From NCBI RefSeq assembly GCF_006345805.1, contig NC_043004.1:77252001-77316000 (forward strand): 64,000 nucleotides of DNA. Direction: 5' to 3'. The position numbers and the translations under genes are program-made. Each line of letters begins with the position of its first letter. Position 1 is the first letter of the stretch. The notes under the pieces were generated by a model. The model was not told the DNA's origin, ran no database searches, and saw only the letters and a program-made list of their open reading frames with translations. This DNA is from Octopus sinensis. Its lineage: Eukaryota. Shown one piece after another: positions 52,569-64,000 of this stretch.

Positions 52569-53217
52569 GCTGCCACATTTCCAATGCTCCACTGGATCAA
52601 GAATAGCAGGGCCGGCCAAAAAAGTGTCTATGTCTACTTACGACTATGAAAAAAGCACCTAAAACAACCAGAGAAAGCGAGGTACCAGCCGTTTTCGGCT
52701 GTTTTCGGAGTTCTCAATGGGCATTCAATAACTCGAAAGACGCTGTTTGACAGTTCGTTTCGGCACACATATCCGTCTTCATTGCTTTCATATTCAATCC
52801 CACGTGATGGACTGTCGTGCTATAAGTTCCCTCTCTTCACATGTATTCCCAAAAGATTCAAGCTGAAGATCAACAACATTGACCTTACCAGTCTGACTGT
52901 GAGCCTTCATCCTCTTCAAACACATGCAATATACACATGTATTGTACAAGGATATAAAACTACATGTATTTAATACGTATAGTATATGTAATCAGGGTCT
53001 CAAAGAGATGGGGACTGAGCCGATACATTGGTCCGGGACTCAGAGATCCAGGAGTGGGGAGGGAGATCTAGATGGTCACAGAGTTATGGACTTATTCTCT
53101 CTTCTTTATTTCTTCACTATAGGCTTATGTCGTAACCGCAAGTAATATATAATTATTATTACATTACGCTTTTTTCAGTAAATTTATATTTTACGAGGAC
53201 GTGTTGAAGTATACACT

Positions 53218-53492
53218 GATGGAAGCACTCCGTCGGTTACGACGACGAGGGTTCCGGTTGATCCGATCAACGGAACAGCCTGCTCGTGAAATTAACGTGT
53301 AAGTAGCTGAGCACTCCACAGACACGTGTACCCTTAACGTAGTTCTCGGGGATATTCAGCGTGACACAGAGAGTGACAAGGCCGGCCCTTTGAAATACAA
53401 GGTACAACAGAAACAGGAAGTAAGAGTGAAAGAAAGTTGTGGTGAAAGAGTACAGCAGGGATCACCACCATCCCCTGCCGGAGCCTCGTGGA
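53218..53492 (+). mobile_element. SINE with RTE-like tail and a 13-bp TSD
   Basis: TSD tgaagtatacact at 53205-53217 and 53493-53505; internal hairpin gttccggttgatccgatcaacggaac; tail shared with 2947-3211. Confidence 0.75.
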
Positions 53493-54123
53493 TGAAGTAT
53501 ACACTATTGAGTCCATGTAAGACTTTATTGCCGTATAAATAATGCCCCCAGATATTTAATTTCAAGCTGAACACTTCTTCGTGTGTTCACAACTTGAAAG
53601 ATAGAAACCCACCAGCTTCGGTACATTTGTCCGTTCCTATCACTTGTACGCCCACTCCACGTGACTGCAATATTTTTTTTCTAGTCACAGGGAATATTGT
53701 CTTTTGAACACCTGATAAAGAGATCAGTTATAGAAGTTAATGTTTTCCGCTGAAGAAGGCTATAAGATAATACTTTAGATATTTCCTGAATACAGAAAGT
53801 ATAAGAGATTTGTTCTGCTTCTTCACTTGACATAAGTCGAAGTCTCGGACAACTTTTAAAAACTAATTACTGTTATTCGCTGAGCTGTACTCTACTGAGG
53901 TGTGTGTGTGTGTAATCTTTAATCTTGTACAATATCTTGTGATGTGTGTGTGTGTAATCTTGTGCAATAAACCCTTACAAACGCATTGAGTTCTCTGTTT
54001 CTTAAATCTCCTCTTACGTGGGAATAGCCTAATTACGAGCAAAGTACCTTGATATTCATGCAACGATTATATTTTCTAATGTAATTTCTTTTTCAGCCAA
54101 GCGGTTAGGGTCTTAGATTCACA

Positions 54124-54400
54124 TAGGCGTAGGAGCGGCTGTGTGGTAAGTAGCTTGCTTACCAACCACATGGTTCCGGGTTCAGTCCCACTACGTGGCA
54201 CCTTGGGCAAGTGTGTTCAATAATAGCCTCGGGGCGGAAATCCACGCTGCCATCTCTTCAGTTATCCGGCCATTGGAAAATTTTTTCCGGTGGCCAGATA
54301 ACTGAAGAGATGGCTGCGTGGATTTCCACCTCAGCATCCGAAACTCGGAGTTTTATCATGGCTACCGAATAATTGTCACATATTATAACACTTACAGATA
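54124..54400. mobile_element. SINE S1 head (54124-54233) fused to a family B-related fold-back end (54236-54327)
   Basis: 37-bp arms 54236-54272 and 54291-54327, followed by catccgaaactcggagttttat...aattgtcacat as at 16060-16109. Confidence 0.65.
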
Positions 54401-55448
54401 TATATATATATAAAACATGATGCAAAGACAAGGTAATGCAGACGAAAGAGAGAAGAGAAAGAGGAATTGTGGGTAAACGGGGAACACGGGAACACGAGAA
54501 GGAAAATGAGAATAGAAGTGAGAAAAATGTGAGAAATAGATTCTGAGATGTGAGTATGAAAGAGGGATTGTTGATAAAGGAGAGGGTAGAGTGGAGAACT
54601 GAGTAAGGGAGAGGAGAGAAAAGGAGAGTTTTGTGCGTACAAATAGTAGTAATATCGCTTTCTTACTAAGGAGGCAACGGGATGTTGTGACATATATGAC
54701 TTTCTAAAGAGCATCAGTGGTGTAAACGTAACAAAAATCACATGAATCGAAAATGGAAACCAGCCCGCAAACTCTCTCGTTCGGATTTTATCTTATGGTC
54801 AATAATACGTTACATTGTACACCTCTTGGTCAACTAACACTTGAGAGTGGGGTTTCCTATTTACTAGCTTCAAATATATTATTAACAAATTACTTTGAAA
54901 TATTTTCATCAAATGTAATCTTCTAATTCCCTTATTGTAACTCATAAATCAAGTTTCAAGGAGATAATTACGTCTTCAAATTTTATCAGTTCAACTTTTA
55001 AATGAATGATAGAATCAATTTCACATCTAAAATAATTTGAAAAATTATTGTATATAATTTTTTATTTCTAATTTCAGCTTATCGTTGATCCAACACGGAG
55101 CCGGCGAATAGCTGTATGCAGTAACATATTTTTTTCGCAATAATGCCCCAAACTAAACGAAAGCCACAGAGGAATTCTATGATAAAAATCAGAAATATAT
55201 TCAAGAATAAATAGTAGTGGTTTTATAACGACATAATAAAACCGTCTAAACATATAAGTAAAATAAAAGTAAAGTTTGATGGCATCGCCGATGCTAATAT
55301 TAATAGGGTGGACCACTGTTAACATAAATACCAAACTTGCCATAAACGGTAGAATTCTCTAGAATTTAAAGAAAACTACTTCTACACACGAAGGACATGA
55401 ATACAAATTAGATTTTTTTTCTACGTCACTCTGCCCTCCCTGTCCCTT

Positions 55449-55487
<39 letters not shown>

Positions 55488-55632
55488 ACTTCATATATGT
55501 ATAGAGAGAGAGAGAGAAAGAGAGAGCGAAAGAGAGAAAGAGAGAGCGAAAGAGAGAAAGAGAGGAAGATATATATATATGTATGTATGTATGTATGTAT
55601 ACAAATATACAATATATGTGTGTGCGTGTATT

Positions 55633-55673
<41 letters not shown>

Positions 55674-55704
55674 ACATGCGCACAAACACACACACACAGA
55701 CACA

Positions 55705-55741
<37 letters not shown>

Positions 55742-55833
55742 TAGACTGCCTGGCTGTTCAGAAGATTAGTCGCTATCCAAAGGCACTATCAGTGCATTAT
55801 ACACTGAACGACAAAGCGACAAACAGAAATACC

Positions 55834-55849
55834 CCACCAGATGGCGCTG
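55834..55849 (+). promoter_or_regulatory. Candidate CTCF site containing a CAGATG E-box
   Basis: CCACCAGATGGCGCTG closely fits the CTCF core CCASYAGRKGGCRS; motif match only. Confidence 0.4.
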
Positions 55850-56029
55850 AGTCTTTCGAACAAGCGCTTCTGATTAATGTCTCGCCGCCCTTCTCAGACA
55901 AAAACAAATAACGTGCAATAAAAGAGATAATATCAATTTCTGCATTAATATATTCTCCCTTTTGACATGTTCACATTTTGTTTTCTTTTCTATCGTCTGT
56001 CACTGGGTTGCTTTCGAATTCTCTCTTTC

Positions 56030-56324
56030 TTCTTTCCTTCTTCTTCTTCTTCTTCTTCTTCTTCTTCTTCTTCTTCTTCTTCTTCTTTTCCTTCTTCTTC
56101 TTCCTCCTCTCCTCCCTCTTCTTCTTCTTTTCCTTCTTCTTCTTCCTCCGCTCCTCCCTCTTCTTCTTCTTCTACTTCTGCCTCCTCTCCTCCCTCTTCT
56201 TCTTCTTTTCCTTCTTCTTCTTCCTCCTCTCCTCCCTCTTCTTCTTCTGCCTCCTCTCCTCCTCCTCCTCCTCCTCCTCCTTCTTCTTCTTCTTCTTCTT
56301 CTTCTTTCTTCTTCTTCTTCTCTA

Positions 56325-56365
<41 letters not shown>

Positions 56366-56390
56366 TATTATTATTATTATTATTATTCCT
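56030..56390. repeat. Pyrimidine-rich compound repeat (CTT)/(CCT) with a higher-order unit of about 40 bp, then (ATT)n
   Basis: Directly visible. Confidence 0.9.
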
Positions 56391-57379
56391 CTTCACTATT
56401 ATCATCATCGACTTCTCCTCCTCTTCCACCACCTCCTCTTGTCATTTTGTATTTTCAGTCCTGTCCTTTTTTCTCCTCTCTTTTCTCTTCTTCTACCCTC
56501 CTCCTACTGTCACTATTCTACATTTTCTCCCCCTCGTTCTTCTTCATCTTATTTTTCTGTCATATTTATTTCTATTTTTTATATATATATATATACATAT
56601 ATTTATTCCTTCATTATTTTTCGAACAACTTTCTTCAGAATTACAGTTTATGTCTTTCATTTCGTAGTTCAATTCCACTTTAACACTGGTGACAAAAAAA
56701 AAATGACAACTAATTTCGTTTTTCATCTCTCTCCTCCCCACAATTACACACTCCACCTCGTTCATACATTCGTTGTAATCTTATTCTCTTGTTTCGCCTC
56801 CTTTCGCTTGTTTATTACTTTACTTTGAGTCGTTGTTGGTTCCTTGTTTGCATTTATCTCCCTCTTTCTAATATAACATCTTAGATTTGCGGTCGTTTTC
56901 CTCATCTTCAGTTTCACCCATCATGTTAACAAATCTGATGAATTATTTCCTGCTGAAATCGATTTAATCTTTGTTTAGTCAATTATTGTTCATTAAAATT
57001 CAACAATACTCAATATCTTTTAGCTGGGCAATTAGATTATCTAACATCTGCCTTAGCGGTCCGACAAATAGATTTCGCTAAAATAAAAGATAGACTGAAT
57101 TAAGTACTAGGACGATATGATCAATTAAACAGTTGAACGCTGTGCTCCAGCATGGCTACAGTCTAACGATTAAAGCCAGTTTGAAAAAAATATGAATTTG
57201 TTTTGTTGTTGTTTAGCACCAAGTCAACCCTGAATCATCAAACCCCTGATGACACGTTCCAACAGTTACCAGTCTCTCTTTTTGAATATCGCGGACATCT
57301 TTGTCCAATATCGCTTTCACTTCTCTCTCACTTTCTCTCCCTCCCTTCCTCCCTCTCTCTTCTCTCTCTCTCTCTATAT

Positions 57380-57439
<60 letters not shown>

Positions 57440-57450
<11 letters not shown>

Positions 57451-57620
57451 TTTACGAAAAAAAACAAAAGACGAAGGCAGGTGGTGTACAAAACAAACAG
57501 AGTATTAGTATAACGCTCAGGAATAGAAAAAGTCTTTTACGTTTCGAGCCTACGCTCTTCTACAGAAAGAGATACAGAAAAACAAGGAGAGAAAAAAATG
57601 TGCGCAGTGGCTAACGATCT
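57440..57620 (-). mobile_element. Family B repeat with hammerhead-like motif (57534-57569)
   Basis: Reverse complement of 13722-13910 with an identical core. Confidence 0.65.
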
Positions 57621-57661
57621 ATCACGGCGACTGCCAAACAGAAGGGTCACACACGAGGGTA

Positions 57662-57698
<37 letters not shown>

Positions 57699-57717
57699 AT
57701 CTATATATATATATATA

Positions 57718-57750
<33 letters not shown>

Positions 57751-58336
57751 TAATATCCAACAATGAACATAATATATATATAGATTATATATATATACAC
57801 TAATATCCAACAATGAAAATAATATATATTATATATACACTAATATGGAACAATGAAAATGAGTGCTCAACAACCACATTGGTAGATAAATGTCCTTTAC
57901 TCATAGGATAACCAGTCTAACAATTGGTTTCATGATAACAGATATTTCCCCAACATGAAGCTATTAGTAGTCTGCTTAACTCATAAATGATATGTGTGTG
58001 TGCATGCATATATATCTATATATATATATATATATAAATATATATATATATAGAATAATGTATATAAAGGTAGTGTTCCAGCATAGCCGCAGTCAAATGA
58101 CTGAAACAAATAAAAGAATAAAAAATATATGTATATACATATAAATACATATATATATACTATATAGATATGTATATGTGTATATATACATATATATACA
58201 CACATACGCGTATGTGTGCGTACATATATTTAAATACTTATATTCACATATATAGACATATATAAATATATGTGTGTATGCGTATGTGTGCGTGCGCGTG
58301 CGTGCGTGCGTGCGTGCGGCGTGCGTGCGTGCGTGC

Positions 58337-58393
<57 letters not shown>

Positions 58394-59279
58394 CAGAAAC
58401 ACACATGCATTCATTTTGGAAGAGAATCAGTTCAGAACAACGATATTGAGTAAATTATTAAGTATTATTTAATAATTTGACCCGGAGATCTGTAGGTCAT
58501 CATGTTAGGTTTAGGACTTAAACCCGTCCTGTGCCCGCAATAATAACAACAGCCACTTAAGCCATATAACAGCAGTGACTTAAGCCACTGACTTGAGCAG
58601 ATTATATAGATTAGAGATGTTGGCATCGGAAAGTTCTAGATAACCCAAAGACAGTAGATTGACAAAATGTTTAGAGCCTCATAGAAATGCCTTGCGGGAA
58701 TTCTTCTAGCTTTTTGTATTCTGTGTTCAAATCTCGCAGAAGTCAACTTTGTCTTTCGTCCTTCTGGTGTCGATAAAGAGTATTACTCAAGGGTTGGGTT
58801 AAATTCTCTCTCTTTCTCTCTCTCTCTTCTCTCTCTCTCTTCTCTCTCTATCTCTCTCTCACACACACACACACCTCCCTTCCGTCCCTCTCTTTCCTTC
58901 ACTCACACTTTCACAATCGACTGGTAGATCCTCGCTTACCCTCCTCCTGAAAATGGACCAACTAAGAAGAACTTTCCATCCACCATGATAAAAACATCCA
59001 AAGTTATCAGTTTTGAAATATCTTAAATGCAAATGGGAATCAAAATGTATGAATAACAGTTAAAAGAAACTTTTACAATCTTTTTTTTTTTGTTCCCACT
59101 TTTGTCATAAAATAAACATTTGATTAATGAGCTTTAACAACTATAATAATTAATGAACGCAGACCTTTGAACTTCGATTTTCTTATCAAGTCTTAATTCG
59201 AATATGGCAAGCGCTTTCTTCAATTTTTGATTACGGTTATAAAAAATTCGCTCCATTCACAGTATTAACATTAGTTCCA

Positions 59280-59580
59280 AATTTGGTCGATTACATCAAC
59301 CTCGGTGGTCATCTAGTACTTATTTTATAGAACCCGAAAGAATGAAAGGCAAAGTCGACCCCGGCGAGATTGGAAACCAGAACATAAAGACGGACGAAAT
59401 GCTGTTAAGCGTTTTGCCCGGGGTGCTAACGATCCTGTCATCCCGCCGCCTTAAATTACTGCACTAATATTAGATAACACATTAGGGCGACGAGCCAGCA
59501 GAATCGTTAGCGCCCCGGGCTGACTATTTTGAGGCATTTCGTCAGTCTTTACGTTTTAAGTTCAAATTCCACCGAGGTCA
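59280..59580. mobile_element. Two S3 SINEs head-to-head (59280-59455 minus, 59485-59580 plus)
   Basis: Both match 39637-39800; spacer about 30 bp. Confidence 0.65.
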
Positions 59581-60504
59581 AGTCTCTAAATGTTTCATTA
59601 CTTTGAATGACTGAACCAAAATTTCTGATAAAAATCAGAAATGCATATACGTTAACGCATGCATACGTACATGCCTACCTACCAACCTGAGCTTGAAGTG
59701 AACTAGAAGACTATGCGTAATGTCTATAAGAAACAATTTAAAAGTATCCAATATATAATAAATATAATATCTTAAATGCAAATGGGAACCAAAATGTATG
59801 AATAATAGTTAAAAGAAACTTTTACAATCTTTCTTTTTTGTTTCTACTTTTGTCATAAAATAATCATTAGGTTAATGAGCTTCATTATTATAATATTTAT
59901 TATATATTATTATTATATTCAAAATAATTTAAACACTTCTGCTAATGAGACAATTTGTATCTTTCATTGCAAACTAACAGAATAGTTATACAGAGGTGCT
60001 AGTCTGATTTACTATGCATAAAATGCAGGGGAGGGTCTTTTCCGGAGATTCAGTGCAGTATTGACTTGCGAGATTCGAACCAATGACTGAGCAGCTGATA
60101 GGTATGTGGTGTAACGATTTAACCAGCCGCCACTCACAGTATCGGTGATATGACTGCTTATATATGTGGTGACAACTGTTATTTATCATAAATGATGTTG
60201 TACTGCATACTCTGTTATTTGTTGGCAACACTCACACGCATCATTTGTTATCAACTCCCTCCACAACCGCTGCACCATTTCCTTTTTGATCCGTGTAATT
60301 AGAAGTGAGCAGAAATAAATTGTGCCATTAACAGAACAAATATTGAACGGATATAAGGGTTATAAAGCCATCTTATGCCGTTGGTTATGGCTCTCGGAAT
60401 TGTTCTGAAGAATTGTTTGCATTTGTTTAACGGGGAATGCAAGCGTCATAAGTCGAATGATCTATTTCATGCGTACGTGTGCAAAACACACACACACACA
60501 CACA

Positions 60505-60548
<44 letters not shown>

Positions 60549-60948
60549 CATAAACACACACACATATATATATACATAACTGCTAGCACATACTTCAGTT
60601 TATCCCGTTTACAATGGAAGTCATTGCATAGAAAACTCTCAAACTTTACAACTGTTCATATGTGATATGGCCGTTCACTTTCCTTATCGTGATTTTAATA
60701 TATATTCAAGTACACATGCACATGTATATTTATGTATATATGCATAACTATACATGTACATATACATACATATGTATGCATATATATATATATTAATAAA
60801 AGGAATTCCAACCTTGTCTGATTTTCACGTTTTATTTACAATCTTATAATGATATAAGATAATATAATATAATAGAATAAAAAAATAATAGAATGTTAAA
60901 TGTTCATTCTGATTGAACTAGTACTTTCATGCATTAAATTCTGCAATC

Positions 60949-60997
<49 letters not shown>

Positions 60998-61323
60998 ATA
61001 TATATATAGATATATATATAGACAGATATATATATATACTTAGATATATACATATAGATATATATATAATATATATGTTAAATATAGATATAAAACATAC
61101 ATATATACATAAATACATATATATATATAGATAGATATATACATATAGATATACATATATATATGTATAAATATATAATATAATATATATATTTACATAT
61201 AAATATAAACATATATATATATTATATATATATATATATATATACATATATATAATATGTATGTATTGTATATGTATGTATGATGTATATATATAGATAT
61301 ATATATATATATATAATATATAT

Positions 61324-61357
<34 letters not shown>

Positions 61358-61379
61358 ATGTATAATCTGTTTCTTTCAG

Positions 61380-61517
61380 TATTCCTTTCTGCAGAAGTAG
61401 GCTCGAGGCTGAAACGTTAAGACTTTTTCACTTCCCGAGCGTTAAACTAATACATCTGTTTGTTGTCTACGCCACCTGTCTTCGTCTTTTGTCTTTTTTA
61501 TGATTTCTCCAACCCCC

Positions 61518-61551
<34 letters not shown>

Positions 61552-61890
61552 TGTATGTATGTATGTATGTATGTATGTATGTATGTATATATGTATGTGT
61601 GTGTGTGTATGTATGCATGTATACGTATAGTAAATTCATTTGAATCCTACTGAGAAAATAACCTTTCTTTATATAAATTGTGGACGCAAAGATAACAACT
61701 GATATCTTCTGTTAAATATTTCTTTCTGCTATAGGCACAAGTCCCTGTAATTGCTGGGTGGAGGGGCTCGTTGATTACATCGAACCCCAGCGAAAGTCGA
61801 CCTCAGCAGTTTTTGAATGTAAAGACGGTCGAAATGCCGCTAAGAATTTCTTTTTTGGTGTGCTAACGGTTCAGTCAACTCATTGCCTTG
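61380..61890. mobile_element. Degenerate family B copy (61380-61500, +), (TATG)n, and S3 SINE remnant (61720-61890, -)
   Basis: Block similarity to the copies listed above. Confidence 0.55.
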
Positions 61891-63483
61891 AGATATTCTG
61901 TTAGATATTAAACCACATTCATAACATACATGTCTGTGGCTTTCTGGTTTTAACATGTGATGCAATGAAATCATTATTGAAATAATTGTTTTCCTCTTTT
62001 GGGAAAAACAGTTCGTTTTGCATTGTTTTTGACTTTTGTTTTTGGTGTTTTCTATTGCATTTTTTTACCTTTAAATCCGAGCTAATATACAGGAACAGTA
62101 TAAACAATGCGTGGTCAATAATAAACACAAGAATTTAGGCTCTAATAAATATTCATCACTGTACTTATTCCCCTTGAGTGTATTAGACTGATGCAATGAT
62201 GATCCCATCTTAGAAATCTTAATGAGGGGATATATTGTCAGAAAACTAATAAAAGCACCTCGTGTGCCACCATAACACTGATTAGAGTAAATTGATTGGA
62301 AGGAGAGGAGAAATAATGTTCAGGAGAATTCAAAAAAATTATACGGTGCTCGTTTCGAATCATCTCTACTTCCAGATTCTCTGTACAGACCGAGAGTCGC
62401 TATCATCAAAGTAGAACAGATCCTTTCATGCAGCCCATACTTGCTGTCCATCTGCAAATGTAACTGAATTTTGGTGACAGAAAATTTGACATCTGAGCAT
62501 ACAGCATCTCATGAAATTTAGAATTTTTTTTTTTTTTTTTCAAATATTTAACTAAGTAACAAATGACACAAATTGAAGGTAACTTCACAGAGGCTCTCAA
62601 ATGTCATAAACGTTACTCGTGCACGAGTATTTATCATGAAGAAGAAGTCAAGGATTCTCTTTAGATATTTGTAAAACTTGCATAGGATAAATGAAAATTT
62701 ACCATTGAAAAGTAAATAAATAAATACCTTGTTTCTTCTATTGCTATGAATTCTATAGCTTAAATATTTAGAATTTTCCAAACTTGTCTGTTGTAGGACA
62801 GTAATATCAAGTTTAGAGAAAATATTATTATTTAACTTAACTACTCGTTAGCGAAGCAGCTGGGAATAGGTGGGGATGCTGGTTCAAACTAAGAAAACTC
62901 ATTTTATCCACCACCAAAGACGTTTTTCTGAGAGATTTGCTAATATTGATGAAATTCCTGTTTTGTATTCAAGAGGAATGGCAGATATATCAAGTTAAAA
63001 GGACAAGCAAGTGATAGTCGTGCATTGTCCTGGTGCATTCTTCATTAGTAATCATGAACTCGGGGCTTGGGAGACTATGGAACTTAGAGAAGGAATTGGG
63101 ACACGTAATAGAATAGCTGCCGGTTTAATTTGCTGAGAAAATGAAATGAGTGCAGAGATGAACCCCGAGGGATGGGGCGGGCGGGGGTGTTCTATTTACA
63201 TAGGGCGTTGTGTGTCTGTTAAGCCACACGCACCAACAATGCCCCAGACTAGCTCACAGTAAACAATTACATCAAGACATGCAGAGTTCTTCAATGATAA
63301 ATACACGCTAAGCCATCTAGCAACCACACAAGGCTGGCGAATCCAGTCGGTTGACGGGAAGTATGAATATGTGTGTGTGTATACTCAAACACGCCTGCAC
63401 ACATGCATTCATGTTGGCCCATGCATATGAATACATAATCATACACATGTATTATCAAATATACAATAATATTTACTGAAATT

Positions 63484-63720
63484 CAGTAGTAGTAGTAGTA
63501 GTAGTAGTAGCAGTAGCAGCAGTAGCAGCAGTAGCAGCAGTAGCAGCAGCAGCCGCAGTAGTAGTAGTTATGGTGATGGTGGTGGTGGTGGTGGTGGTGG
63601 TGGTGGCGGCGGCGGCGGCGGCGGCGGTGGTGATGGCGGTGGTGGTGGTGGTGCTGGTGCTGGTGCTGGTGGTGGTGGTGGTAGGAGGAGGGAGGGAGGG
63701 ATGAGAGGATGAGGGAGAGG
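63484..63720. repeat. Compound trinucleotide array (AGT)(AGC)(GGT)(GGC)(GGT)
   Basis: Directly visible. Confidence 0.9.
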
Positions 63721-63921
63721 AGTTATTCATAAAATGTTTACATCTAGCAATATATAAATTTTCGCAACGATACAAAAGCAAGCATACGAGAAGTTGCAAG
63801 AAGTTCTTACAAATTCTTTCTAAAGTTCCGTGTCTTGGAAACAACCAAACGATATTGCTGCTAGAGACGTTCAAGCTTTAAATCTTTCACATATAGACAC
63901 CGGAGCACTGCATACAATAAG

Positions 63922-63963
<42 letters not shown>

Positions 63964-63965
63964 TA

Positions 63966-63996
<31 letters not shown>

Positions 63997-64000
63997 GAGT

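Noticed and set aside
55074-55343. 89-aa hydrophobic minus-strand ORF, and a strong plus-strand acceptor near 55077
   Set aside because: No recognisable domain or flanking splice sites for the ORF; all three frames after the acceptor stop quickly.

Overview
AT-rich, microsatellite-dense animal genomic DNA, very probably an octopus or other coleoid cephalopod (inferred from the repeat families and the lophotrochozoan-type NeuroD). It has one 100-N gap (36125-36224). Two protein-coding genes are supported, both on the minus strand. (1) NeuroD, one coding exon at 47297-48739 with a splice acceptor directly before the ATG. (2) A gene invisible in the ORF track, which I rebuilt from splice signals across 978-35247: a signal-peptide exon, eight symmetric phase-1 exons (39-276 nt) encoding about 220 aa of Ser/Thr/Glu/Pro-rich mucin-like sequence, then an exon encoding the start of a PSI domain with the sequence and intron phases of an integrin beta subunit. 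The ten exons splice into one stop-free 801-nt frame (267 aa) that runs off the left end of the window. The rest is mostly mobile DNA: Tx1/L1-clade LINE 3' ends in (GATA)n arrays (including an apparent unequal-crossover chimera), R4/Dong-clade and RTE fragments, Penelope-like remnants, short repeats carrying minimal hammerhead-ribozyme motifs and fold-back ends, several tRNA-derived SINE families, a decayed DD37D (maT) transposon and a piggyBac-type MITE. All calls were made by eye; no database search was run.
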